Origin: Fibrobacterales bacterium
GTDB taxonomy: Bacteria > Fibrobacterota > Fibrobacteria > Fibrobacterales > JAOPTW01
Direction of reading: 5' to 3'
DNA length: 21,140 bases
NCBI GenBank assembly: GCA_051532055.1
Contig: JAOPTX010000094.1
Coordinates: forward strand, 1 to 21,140
Below, piece after piece: positions 6,677-14,725 of this stretch. A program made the translations under genes and the position numbers. Numbering within the stretch: the stretch's first letter is position 1; the number at the start of each line of letters is the position of its first letter. Below the pieces are notes generated by a model, which was given only the letters and a program-made list of their open reading frames with translations, was not told the origin of the DNA and searched no databases.

Positions 6677-8425
6677 CTAAGTGTCGTGGGCAATGCTGAG
6701 GTATTCGTGCTTGTGATTTTTTAATAGGTCTTCTACTGCTCGAAGTACTAAATGAAGATCGAGAGTTTTTGGAAGGGCACGCGTATAAGTGTCTTCTACG
6801 ATACCGGTTCCGGTATCGGTAAATACGAGCTTAGGTACGCTAAAACTGTGCATAGTGTCGAGATAAGGGGCGTATTCTTCATAGGTAACTTTTTCGGAGG
6901 TATTGACTATACATAAGTCAATTTTTTGTGAGCTTGATAATTCATTAAAATGATCCAGGTCCTCAAAATGAACAAGAGCAAAGCCGATACTTTGAAGGTA
7001 GAGTAAGTGGGGCTCGAGAATAGTTGTGTCATCATTTAATATGGTGAGTGTAAATGGTTCTTTTTCAGGGCCTGCAATAAAGCATCGGGCAGGGATGGGG
7101 CGGTCGCCCATGTCAAAAAATTCACTATAGAGTGCGACCTCTTGATAGATGGGGACAAAAAAATCCATGTCGAGTCCGTGAGGGAGAACGAGTTTTTTCA
7201 TAAGGGCATTGGGTACTGTATGAATGTATTCATCACAGGAGCGTCCGATATTTATGCATTTTGCGATAAGTGATGAAAGTCCGACAATATGGCATAACTT
7301 TTGGGTTTCATTATCGAGGCCAGTGTCGGGGATATCAATGAACTTTTTGTGATACCGGATGCTGGTGCAGAGTTCCGTGGGAAGACTCCACTCTTCAAAA
7401 AGATAATGGGTGAATTCATTTTGGGTTAGTCCAATGAGTTCCATGCCGGTGGCGTCAAAAGAACAACGTTCATTAAAAGTGTGTTCAAGCATAAGAATGA
7501 AAATTTCACGAAGGTAGTCATCGTAGACAACTACGCCGTACTCGTGTAAAAGGCCTGCAAGATAAGCCAAAGATGGTTCTTTTAAATTGCATCGTTTAGC
7601 GAGATGTTCAGCGATTATTGCTGTTGCAATACTGTGGAACCAGAATTCCTCTCTTTGGAAGCCAAAGCTACTTTCTTCTTTGTTGATAAGATCTGCAACA
7701 ATAAGACTCGCCGCAATTTTCTTTGTTTGTGCAAAGCCAATTCGTACAATGGCATCAGGAATGGTTTTGATTTTGCCATCGACTCTAAATCGTGATCTAA
7801 AAAATACTGAATTTGAAATTTTTAGGGTATTAGCGGTCATGGTTGGGTCGGACTCTATGGCTTTAGCGAGCCCTTTTATACTCGTATTATTTTTCTCCGT
7901 AAGGGAAATAATCTTGGTAATGGTAAAGGGGAATGCTTTGGCGCGGTCAACTTGTTCGCTCATTACTTTGAGCTTTTCTGAAGCAACAATTTTTGAACTG
8001 AGAAGGGTGTCGAAATAAGCAGCTTTATTTTTCTGTTCTTTAGAGTCGAGGAGGTCACTTTGTTCTGTGAGAGCACGTGCCAGTATGTCGAGTATTGTTC
8101 CAAATTTTAAAGGGCGTGCAATGAATGAACGGATCCCTGCTTGTAAATATCTGTTCAGCATAGCTCGATCAACAGGGTTACCATATCCGATAATAGGTAA
8201 TGAGGAGAGGAGTTTGTTGTTGCTAATTTTCTCGACAAATTTTATTTGGTCGATATCATCTTTGGGTAGGTCGACTAATACGACGTTGGGTTTAGAGGTT
8301 TGAATTTTGAGATAGGTCGAGCCGTCAGGAGGGAGTATTCTGCAAAGGAGCCCTTTTTGTTTAAACGCAGAAAGAAGGATATGGCTCTCTTGGGAGCGAT
8401 GTGCGGCGATTAGTATAGTGATCAT
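6677..8425 (-). CDS. HDOD-domain signalling protein with N-terminal atypical receiver domain (paralog 1)
   Basis: REC-like KPNVVLVDLP...LPIIGYG...FIARPLKF; HDOD core IESDPTMTANTLKISNS, AIVRIGF, FWFHSIATA, AYLAGLLHEYG, W-x-LP, IRYH. Confidence 0.85.
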   Translation of the reverse strand: MITILIAAHRSQESHILLSAFKQKGLLCRILPPDGSTYLKIQTSKPNVVLVDLPKDDIDQIKFVEKISNNKLLSSLPIIGYGNPVDRAMLNRYLQAGIRSFIARPLKFGTILDILARALTEQSDLLDSKEQKNKAAYFDTLLSSKIVASEKLKVMSEQVDRAKAFPFTITKIISLTEKNNTSIKGLAKAIESDPTMTANTLKISNSVFFRSRFRVDGKIKTIPDAIVRIGFAQTKKIAASLIVADLINKEESSFGFQREEFWFHSIATAIIAEHLAKRCNLKEPSLAYLAGLLHEYGVVVYDDYLREIFILMLEHTFNERCSFDATGMELIGLTQNEFTHYLFEEWSLPTELCTSIRYHKKFIDIPDTGLDNETQKLCHIVGLSSLIAKCINIGRSCDEYIHTVPNALMKKLVLPHGLDMDFFVPIYQEVALYSEFFDMGDRPIPARCFIAGPEKEPFTLTILNDDTTILEPHLLYLQSIGFALVHFEDLDHFNELSSSQKIDLCIVNTSEKVTYEEYAPYLDTMHSFSVPKLVFTDTGTGIVEDTYTRALPKTLDLHLVLRAVEDLLKNHKHEYLSIAHDT

Positions 8426-8630
8426 AGAAAGAGTATATCATTAAAGAGGCTCAATGGGCAATTATAGAGGTTTTCTAGGCACTTCTTTTATGTATCCTTG
8501 TAAACATAAAAGTGTAATGGTTCATTAATGTGGTACAAAAATGTATAATTAAAGTTATTGGGATTTTGGTTTGCTATTTGGTTCCGTAAATGACGTCCAT
8601 TGTACGGTATTGTATTACAACTTAGTAAAG

Positions 8631-8646
8631 TGGTACAAAATTTGCT
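8631..8646 (+). promoter_or_regulatory. sigma-54 (-24/-12) promoter of amt2-glnK2
   Basis: TGGTAC-AAAAT-TTGCT, correct GG-N10-GC spacing, 39 nt before ATG 8686 (close to the amtB1 spacing). Confidence 0.75.
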
Positions 8647-8685
8647 AAATGGATGATGAAGGTTATTCTATATGTTGAGGATGTA

Positions 8686-9933
8686 ATGGAAGAAATTACC
8701 GAATTAGTTGGTAATGTAAAAGAATTGACCCATGCTGTAGATACAGTTTGGGTTGCTTTATGTGCAGCACTTATCTTTCAGATGGAGGGTGGTTTTGCGC
8801 TTCTTGAGTCTGGATTTATCAGAAGTAAAAATAGTGTCAGTATTATTGCAAAAATTTTGGTTGATATCATGTTTGGTGGTATTGCCTTTTATATAGTTGG
8901 TTTTGCGATTATGCAGGGTGAAAGTAATGGCTGGTTTGGCAGTGGGTTTGGAATTGTAAAGAGTGGGCATGATCTCACTATATCTGACGAGCTTTTTTGG
9001 TTCATCCAAATGGGTTTTGCTGTAGCGGCGATCTCAATTGTTTCTGGCGCAGTAGCAGAACGTATGAAAATATGGGCTTATGCCGTTTTTGTCTTCATTT
9101 TCTGTGCAGTTATGTATCCTGTTGCGGCAGGATGGGTGTGGAATGCAAATGGTTGGCTTGCAAATATGGGCTTCAACGATTTTGCAGGCTCTGCAGCAGT
9201 TCATGCAATGGGTGGCTTTGCAGCACTTGCAGGTGCAATAGTTCTTGGGCCTCGTATGGGTAAATATAATGAAGATGGCACGGCAAATGCAATTCCTGGT
9301 CATAACCTTACTCTTGCGGCAGTTGGTGCATTTATACTCTGGTTTGGGTGGTTTGGATTTAATCCAGGATCAACTCTTGCAGCAGTTGGCAATTGGGAAA
9401 TGATCGGAAAAGTGGCAACGAATACTTTTCTTGCGTCGGCAATGGGTGGTATAGCGACTATGACCTACACTATGCTCAGATACAAAACAATTGATATAAC
9501 CATGGTGATTAATGGCGTACTTGCAGGGCTTGTTGCTATTACTGCAGGATGTAATGTGGTCTCACCGAATGCGGCACTTTTTATTGGACTATTCGCTGGT
9601 GTTCTTGTTGATATTGCGGTGTATGCTATTGATAAAATGAAAATTGATGATCCTGTTGGAGCTATTGCAGTACATGGCGTTAATGGAACATGGGGTGCAA
9701 TTGCTGTTGGGTTGTTTGCAACTGAAAGTGGTCTGTTTTATACGGGAAGCTTTTCATTACTTGGTGTCCAAGTTCTTGGTGTAGGGGTTATAGCGCTATT
9801 CTCATTTGTTCTTACATTCGCTATATTGACAATTATGAAGAAAACAGTTGGGATTCGTATTCCAAGAGATGAAGAACTTGCAGGTATTGACGCTGCAGAA
9901 TACGGTGTTGAAGCGTACACTACATTTGAATAA
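8686..9933 (+). CDS. amt: ammonium transporter (copy 2, different Amt subfamily, no signal peptide)
   Basis: GFALLESG, IVSGAVAER, DFAGSAAVH, WFGWFGFNPGS, DDPVGAIAVHG; start set at ATG 8686 after GAGG, since the track start 8653 would precede the predicted sigma-54 transcription start. Confidence 0.95.
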   Translation: MEEITELVGNVKELTHAVDTVWVALCAALIFQMEGGFALLESGFIRSKNSVSIIAKILVDIMFGGIAFYIVGFAIMQGESNGWFGSGFGIVKSGHDLTISDELFWFIQMGFAVAAISIVSGAVAERMKIWAYAVFVFIFCAVMYPVAAGWVWNANGWLANMGFNDFAGSAAVHAMGGFAALAGAIVLGPRMGKYNEDGTANAIPGHNLTLAAVGAFILWFGWFGFNPGSTLAAVGNWEMIGKVATNTFLASAMGGIATMTYTMLRYKTIDITMVINGVLAGLVAITAGCNVVSPNAALFIGLFAGVLVDIAVYAIDKMKIDDPVGAIAVHGVNGTWGAIAVGLFATESGLFYTGSFSLLGVQVLGVGVIALFSFVLTFAILTIMKKTVGIRIPRDEELAGIDAAEYGVEAYTTFE

Positions 9934-9944
9934 GGAGTAATGCA

Positions 9945-10286
9945 ATGAAAAAAGTTGAAGCAATTGTAAAACCATCAAAACTTGAAGCAATTCAACGTGC
10001 GCTTTCTGAAGCGGGTATTCCTTGTATGACTGTTACCCCTGTTAAGGGTGCAGGACTTCAACGGGGGTACACTGAAATATATCGAGGAACTGAAAAATCA
10101 ATGATTCTTCTCTCTAAAGTGAAGATAGAGTGTATTGTCAGTGATGACAACTTAGAAAAATGTGTAGCTGTCATTACTGATACTGCATCTGAGGGCCAAG
10201 TTGGTGATGGAAAGTTATTTATATATGATGTTATTGATGCGGTTCGTCTACGGACTAAAACTCGTGGTGTAGAAGCGATACGTTAA
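9945..10286 (+). CDS. glnK: P-II family nitrogen regulator (GlnK-type, copy 2)
   Basis: MKKVEAIVKP, YTEIYRG, GQVGDGKLF, VRLRT; TAAGGAG RBS; directly downstream of amt2. Confidence 0.92.
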   Translation: MKKVEAIVKPSKLEAIQRALSEAGIPCMTVTPVKGAGLQRGYTEIYRGTEKSMILLSKVKIECIVSDDNLEKCVAVITDTASEGQVGDGKLFIYDVIDAVRLRTKTRGVEAIR

Positions 10287-10302
10287 TTGTTAATAAAAAA
10301 AT

Positions 10303-10341
10303 AAAAAAGCCAGATTCCTAATAAGGGGTCTGGCTTTTTTT
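10303..10341. terminator. bidirectional intrinsic terminator
   Basis: AAAAAAGCCAGATTCCT-aata-AGGGGTCTGGCTTTTTTT between convergent glnK2 and HDOD paralog 2. Confidence 0.9.
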
Positions 10342-12076
10342 ATCGGGTGATATCAAGGAGATCAGTAAGGAGTGAATCAAAGGCGCGTACAATTGATCGT
10401 AGATCGAGAGATTTAGTAAGCTTGATATTTTTTGAGTCTTCTGCGCAGGTTAGTGAGCCCTTAGTCTCTTCAAAGTAGAGCTTTGGAAGAAAGCCATTGT
10501 GAATATGCTTTAAGTAGGGGTGGAAGGGGGTGGGGCCATCATTTTCAACTTGGTTAAAGATGAGAAGGGGGGTCTCTTCTGGGGTAAGAAGGAATTCTTC
10601 GAGTTCATCAGGAGACTGTACTAAGGTATGGGCAATATCACTATGTGCTAAAAAGTAGAGGTGTGGTTCAAATAGGTTTCGCTTGGTTTGAACAATATAG
10701 ACATGAATATTTTCCATTGAGTTACTGATAAAACACTGTTCGGGGAAAGATCGACGGTGTAGACCAAGGAGTGTTGTAAACATTTCGATTTGTTGCAAAA
10801 TAGAGTCAAAAAAGTTTGAAGGGATTCCGGCGTTCAGGCCCATTTCTACAAGGAGTTCTTTTGGTATTGGGCGTACATATTCGTCACAACTGTTGCCAAT
10901 ACGGGCGGTTTTGGTGAGAAGGTCTGCAAGTCCGATAATGGTAATGAGTTGTCGTTCTTCACTTGATGAAACATCCTCTGGGATATTTAGAAACTGTTTA
11001 TGAAGTTTTAAGGCACTCACGACTTCTCGTGGAATCCCCCAACTTTTTGCCAGAGCAACAATAAAGTCACTGGGTAAAAATCCGATAATTTCTTTGAATG
11101 CCTCATTTATATTATTGAGCTTTACTTGAGTTTTAAAGATCACCTTTTGAAATATTTCGGGGAAATATTCATCAAGAAGTAGAATATAATATTCATGGAG
11201 AAGCCCTGCAAGAAAGGCATAGGCAGGATTGTCGTATCCCGCTTGTTTCGCAAGTTTTTCGGCTACTAACGCACAACAAATTGAGTGAAACCAATAGCTT
11301 TCTCGATCAAAATCAGCTTGCTTGGATACGTTACCATGAAGGTTAATGACTTTTAACCCGAGGGCAATCTTTTTGGTCTCTTTGAAACCAATACGTACAA
11401 TGGCATCTTTAAAATCAATTACATTTGAGCGCGATGCAAAGGTAACCGAGTTCGCTGCTTTAACAAGGTTAGTGCACATTGCGGGGTCAGATTTAATTGC
11501 ATTAGCGAGATCATCGGCACTTGAATCATCGGAGCCAGTGAGTTCAACAATTTTTGCTATAGAAAAGGGAAATGCGAGGATGCTACCAGTGTACTCAACC
11601 ATTGTGTTGAGTTTGAGTCCACCGAGAACTTTGGGGTCGGTAAGTGAACTGAGATCAAAGCCTTTCTGTTCTTCCTCAGTGAAATTTGATTTGCGCTGGG
11701 CTTTCTCTTTTGCGGCAAGTATTACTTGAAATACATTAAGGAGCACGGTTAACTTTAATGGGCGTACAAAATATTTAAGAACCCCAATTGTGGTGAGGCG
11801 TTTTAACATCGCGTGATCACTGTGGGGGCCAAAAGCAATGATAGGTATGTTGCTTAATGTTTTTACACCATGTACCAACTGAATAGTTGAAAGATAATTA
11901 ATAGGATTCTCTGGTATTTCAACAAGGAGAATATCTGGTTTATGTTTCATCACTCCAAAATGATTGGGGGGATCATCAACATCAATGATCTCTGGGCGGT
12001 AGTCATTCTGCTTGAGCGCTTTGTAGAGAAGTTGTTTTTCTTGAGCACTTGATAGCATGAGTCCTATTTTTTTCAT
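10340..12076 (-). CDS. HDOD-domain signalling protein with N-terminal pseudo-receiver domain (paralog 2)
   Basis: KPDILLVEIP, IPIIAFG, FVRPLKL; IKSDPAMCTNLVKAANS, AIVRIGF, YWFHSICCA, AFLAGLLHE; GAGG RBS, 11 nt after the paralog 3 stop. Confidence 0.85.
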   Translation of the reverse strand: MKKIGLMLSSAQEKQLLYKALKQNDYRPEIIDVDDPPNHFGVMKHKPDILLVEIPENPINYLSTIQLVHGVKTLSNIPIIAFGPHSDHAMLKRLTTIGVLKYFVRPLKLTVLLNVFQVILAAKEKAQRKSNFTEEEQKGFDLSSLTDPKVLGGLKLNTMVEYTGSILAFPFSIAKIVELTGSDDSSADDLANAIKSDPAMCTNLVKAANSVTFASRSNVIDFKDAIVRIGFKETKKIALGLKVINLHGNVSKQADFDRESYWFHSICCALVAEKLAKQAGYDNPAYAFLAGLLHEYYILLLDEYFPEIFQKVIFKTQVKLNNINEAFKEIIGFLPSDFIVALAKSWGIPREVVSALKLHKQFLNIPEDVSSSEERQLITIIGLADLLTKTARIGNSCDEYVRPIPKELLVEMGLNAGIPSNFFDSILQQIEMFTTLLGLHRRSFPEQCFISNSMENIHVYIVQTKRNLFEPHLYFLAHSDIAHTLVQSPDELEEFLLTPEETPLLIFNQVENDGPTPFHPYLKHIHNGFLPKLYFEETKGSLTCAEDSKNIKLTKSLDLRSIVRAFDSLLTDLLDITR

Positions 12077-12087
12077 AGGTGCCTCAT

Positions 12088-13983
12088 CTACTCAGTGGCA
12101 GAAGAATTAGGTTCTTCTGCGGCATTAGTGGTTTCTGGTACTGGTTCAACAGTAGGTTCAGGTACAGGGTTTGGAGATGCTTCTGGGGGTGGGGGTGCTG
12201 ATGCGGGAGTAGCTGGTGCCCCTGCCCCTGTGACACCTCCATTTTTTATTGGTGTAATCTCGACCTTATTTCCCATTACTGTACAAATGGCATTATTAAT
12301 TTGGGTAGCATCAAGGGTTGTTAAAACTTTTGCTGATTGAGGTAAGTCGGGAATAATGGTGGCATTTTGTGGGTTGGGATAAAAAATGAGAGAGGGGAGG
12401 TTGAGCTCTTTTACAATGGTATGGAGATCTTCGAGTTCTTCAAAGCCTCCTTCATCATTAGTATTATAGATGAGAAGATCAACGCCTGTTACTTTCCCTA
12501 TCAAATCTTCAGGGTCACTAAAAGTAACAAGGTCGAAACCAGTATGTTCAAGGTAGAATAAATGTGGTTCATATATTGTTGTATTCTTTTTAAGAATAAC
12601 CATTTTAAGGCGCTCTTCAGATGCAGGTTTTTTAAAGATGTGCAGAGGGAATTCTGATTTATCGAGATTGAGGAGGCTTACGAAAAGATCAATTTGTGAA
12701 TAGATAGTATCAAAAAATATACGCCTGATTCCAATAGGGAGTTTCAGTTGTTGAAAAAGTGTATCTGATACCGGGTGGAGTACTTCATCACAACTTTTTC
12801 CGATACGTGCAGCTTTGGCAAGAAGGTCACCGAGGCCTACGAGCTTAATAAGCATAGATTGCTCGGTAGGGAGTCCTTCATTGACATTGAGAAATTTTGT
12901 GTGACCTTTAATCCCGACAATTAAATCTTTGGGCATATTCCATTCGGCAAACATCTCGGCCATAAAGTCATTTTGGTCAAGTTTGATAATATCTATACCG
13001 GCATCCACAAAAGTAGTGTGTTCTTGATTGGCGTGTTCCATAACAACTTCGAATATTTCACCAAAAAATTCATCATAGAGAAGAACGGCAAACTCATGGA
13101 GAAGTCCCGCTAAAAAGGCTAATGAAGGATTTGGATAGTTAACAGCCTTTGAAAGTTTTTCGGCTATCAGGGCCGTGGCTAGACTGTGATACCAAAACTC
13201 TTGACGGTCAAAACCGAAGTTTTTCTCTTTTTTATCAAGGAGGTTCATCACGGTAAGGCCAAGTGCTATCTTTTTGGTCTCATTAAATCCAATACGTACT
13301 ATCGCATCGACAACGTCTTTAATCTCCCTGTTGCGACTGCTAAAGAAGACAGAGTTTGAAAGTTTTATAATATTGGTCGCAATAGATGCGTCAGATCGGA
13401 TTACATTTGCAAGTTCTGCCGCACTGGACTTTTCGGATCCGGTGAGTTGTACGATCTTAGCTATAGAGAAAGGGAATGCCATCAGTTTCCCCACATGCTT
13501 TACCATGAGCTCAATTTTTTGAGAACCGAGCATATCGGGTTTCATTATTGAGAGGATATCCTTTGCTCTTTCATCTGCTTCACCCTCAGTATCGCCATTA
13601 ATTAATTTTTCAATATCAGACCCTACTGTCTCGATAAGTGCATTAAATATATTTGATATTTTGAGGGGACGTTGGTAGTATTTTGTAATGCGAGCCTGGG
13701 TATATTGTTTTTCTCGTGACCGCTGTGTATGATTGCCATAAGTGAGTATGGGCAGTTTGGCCATTTTTTTATTACCCCGTATAAGATTGGTGAGGTGGAG
13801 CTGTTCCACTTCCCGGGCAGGCATTTCCATCAGAATTGCATTAGGTTTAAACTTCATTATCTCTAAATAACTGCCAGTACTTGCAGGAAACACGACCACA
13901 TCAAATTTGCGTTGTTTCAAAACAGTCTCAAGTATCTGGACTTCTTGTTTATTCAGACCTATTAAAGCGATTTTTACTATCAT
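12088..13983 (-). CDS. HDOD-domain signalling protein with N-terminal pseudo-receiver domain and Pro-rich tail (paralog 3)
   Basis: KPNAILMEMP, LPILTYG, YQRPLKI; IRSDASIATNIIKLSNS, AIVRIGF, FWYHSLATA, AFLAGLLHE; last 50 aa are P/A/E/T-rich low complexity. Confidence 0.85.
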   Translation of the reverse strand: MIVKIALIGLNKQEVQILETVLKQRKFDVVVFPASTGSYLEIMKFKPNAILMEMPAREVEQLHLTNLIRGNKKMAKLPILTYGNHTQRSREKQYTQARITKYYQRPLKISNIFNALIETVGSDIEKLINGDTEGEADERAKDILSIMKPDMLGSQKIELMVKHVGKLMAFPFSIAKIVQLTGSEKSSAAELANVIRSDASIATNIIKLSNSVFFSSRNREIKDVVDAIVRIGFNETKKIALGLTVMNLLDKKEKNFGFDRQEFWYHSLATALIAEKLSKAVNYPNPSLAFLAGLLHEFAVLLYDEFFGEIFEVVMEHANQEHTTFVDAGIDIIKLDQNDFMAEMFAEWNMPKDLIVGIKGHTKFLNVNEGLPTEQSMLIKLVGLGDLLAKAARIGKSCDEVLHPVSDTLFQQLKLPIGIRRIFFDTIYSQIDLFVSLLNLDKSEFPLHIFKKPASEERLKMVILKKNTTIYEPHLFYLEHTGFDLVTFSDPEDLIGKVTGVDLLIYNTNDEGGFEELEDLHTIVKELNLPSLIFYPNPQNATIIPDLPQSAKVLTTLDATQINNAICTVMGNKVEITPIKNGGVTGAGAPATPASAPPPPEASPNPVPEPTVEPVPETTNAAEEPNSSATE

Positions 13984-14091
13984 ATGTTTAGATTATACAG
14001 TAAATACCCTAAAATAACCAAATTAAAAAACAGATTTCATACATTTTTTAATTCCACCGGGGAGTGCTAGTATTGGAGGGCGTGTAACTCA

Positions 14092-14119
14092 TTGAAAATA
14101 CAAGAATAAGATCTATAAT
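14092..14119 (+). promoter_or_regulatory. sigma-70 type promoter of the ankyrin gene
   Basis: TTGAAA (14092-14097), 16-nt spacer, TATAAT (14114-14119). Confidence 0.5.
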
Positions 14120-14210
14120 TGGGGGAAAGAGTGATGAGTGAAATACATTCATCTCTCGAGGTAATATATAGGTACCTTGATAAATCATAAGTAAAAAGGT
14201 GTAGAAGTAG

Positions 14211-14705
14211 ATGGTAATAACGATAACGATACTCATTGTAGGGATAATAGTTTTACTTCTCATTTATGCGCGAAGCTCTTCTCGGGTGCGTTTTGTTAAG
14301 GCAATAGAGCAGTGTGATATTGAAGGTGTGGAACGGGCAATTATTAAAGGTATTGATGTGAATGTTCCTCTCTCAAATGGGGCGTGTCCTGTTGTATTTG
14401 CTGCTCTTTTTGGGGTTCCCGAAATAGTCCAACTTCTTATAAATGCAGAGGCAGATATTTCAAGTGGTCTTGCTCTACATAGTGCAGCTATGAATGGTGA
14501 TACTGAGACTCTAGAACTCTTACTAGAATATGGGGCATCTATTGATGGTATAGACCCTGAACATGAAAACAGGTCGGCACTTCATGTGGCTGCCCATTTC
14601 AATCAATTGACTGCTGCTGAGTATTTGGTTGAACAAGGTGCCGATCAATCAATGGTTGATAGTCAAGGCAATACTTGGCGTGATTTGCTGAGCGCTGCTG
14701 AATAA
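14211..14705 (+). CDS. membrane-anchored ankyrin-repeat protein
   Basis: hydrophobic N-terminus; ankyrin repeats ALHSAAMNGDTETLELLLEYGASID and SALHVAAHFNQLTAAEYLVEQGAD. Confidence 0.88.
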   Translation: MVITITILIVGIIVLLLIYARSSSRVRFVKAIEQCDIEGVERAIIKGIDVNVPLSNGACPVVFAALFGVPEIVQLLINAEADISSGLALHSAAMNGDTETLELLLEYGASIDGIDPEHENRSALHVAAHFNQLTAAEYLVEQGADQSMVDSQGNTWRDLLSAAE

Positions 14706-14725
14706 AGTATCGATATTCTGTACGG

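Noticed and set aside
8491..8506. NifA-type TGT-N10-ACA upstream of amt2
   Set aside because: Single 6-bp-specified match in AT-rich DNA, no nif genes in the window, and I saw no counterpart at amtB1
14048..14263. 71-aa hydrophobic ORF on the minus strand
   Set aside because: Overlaps the ankyrin gene start antisense, and its hydrophobicity mirrors the AT-rich TM codons; no RBS or motif
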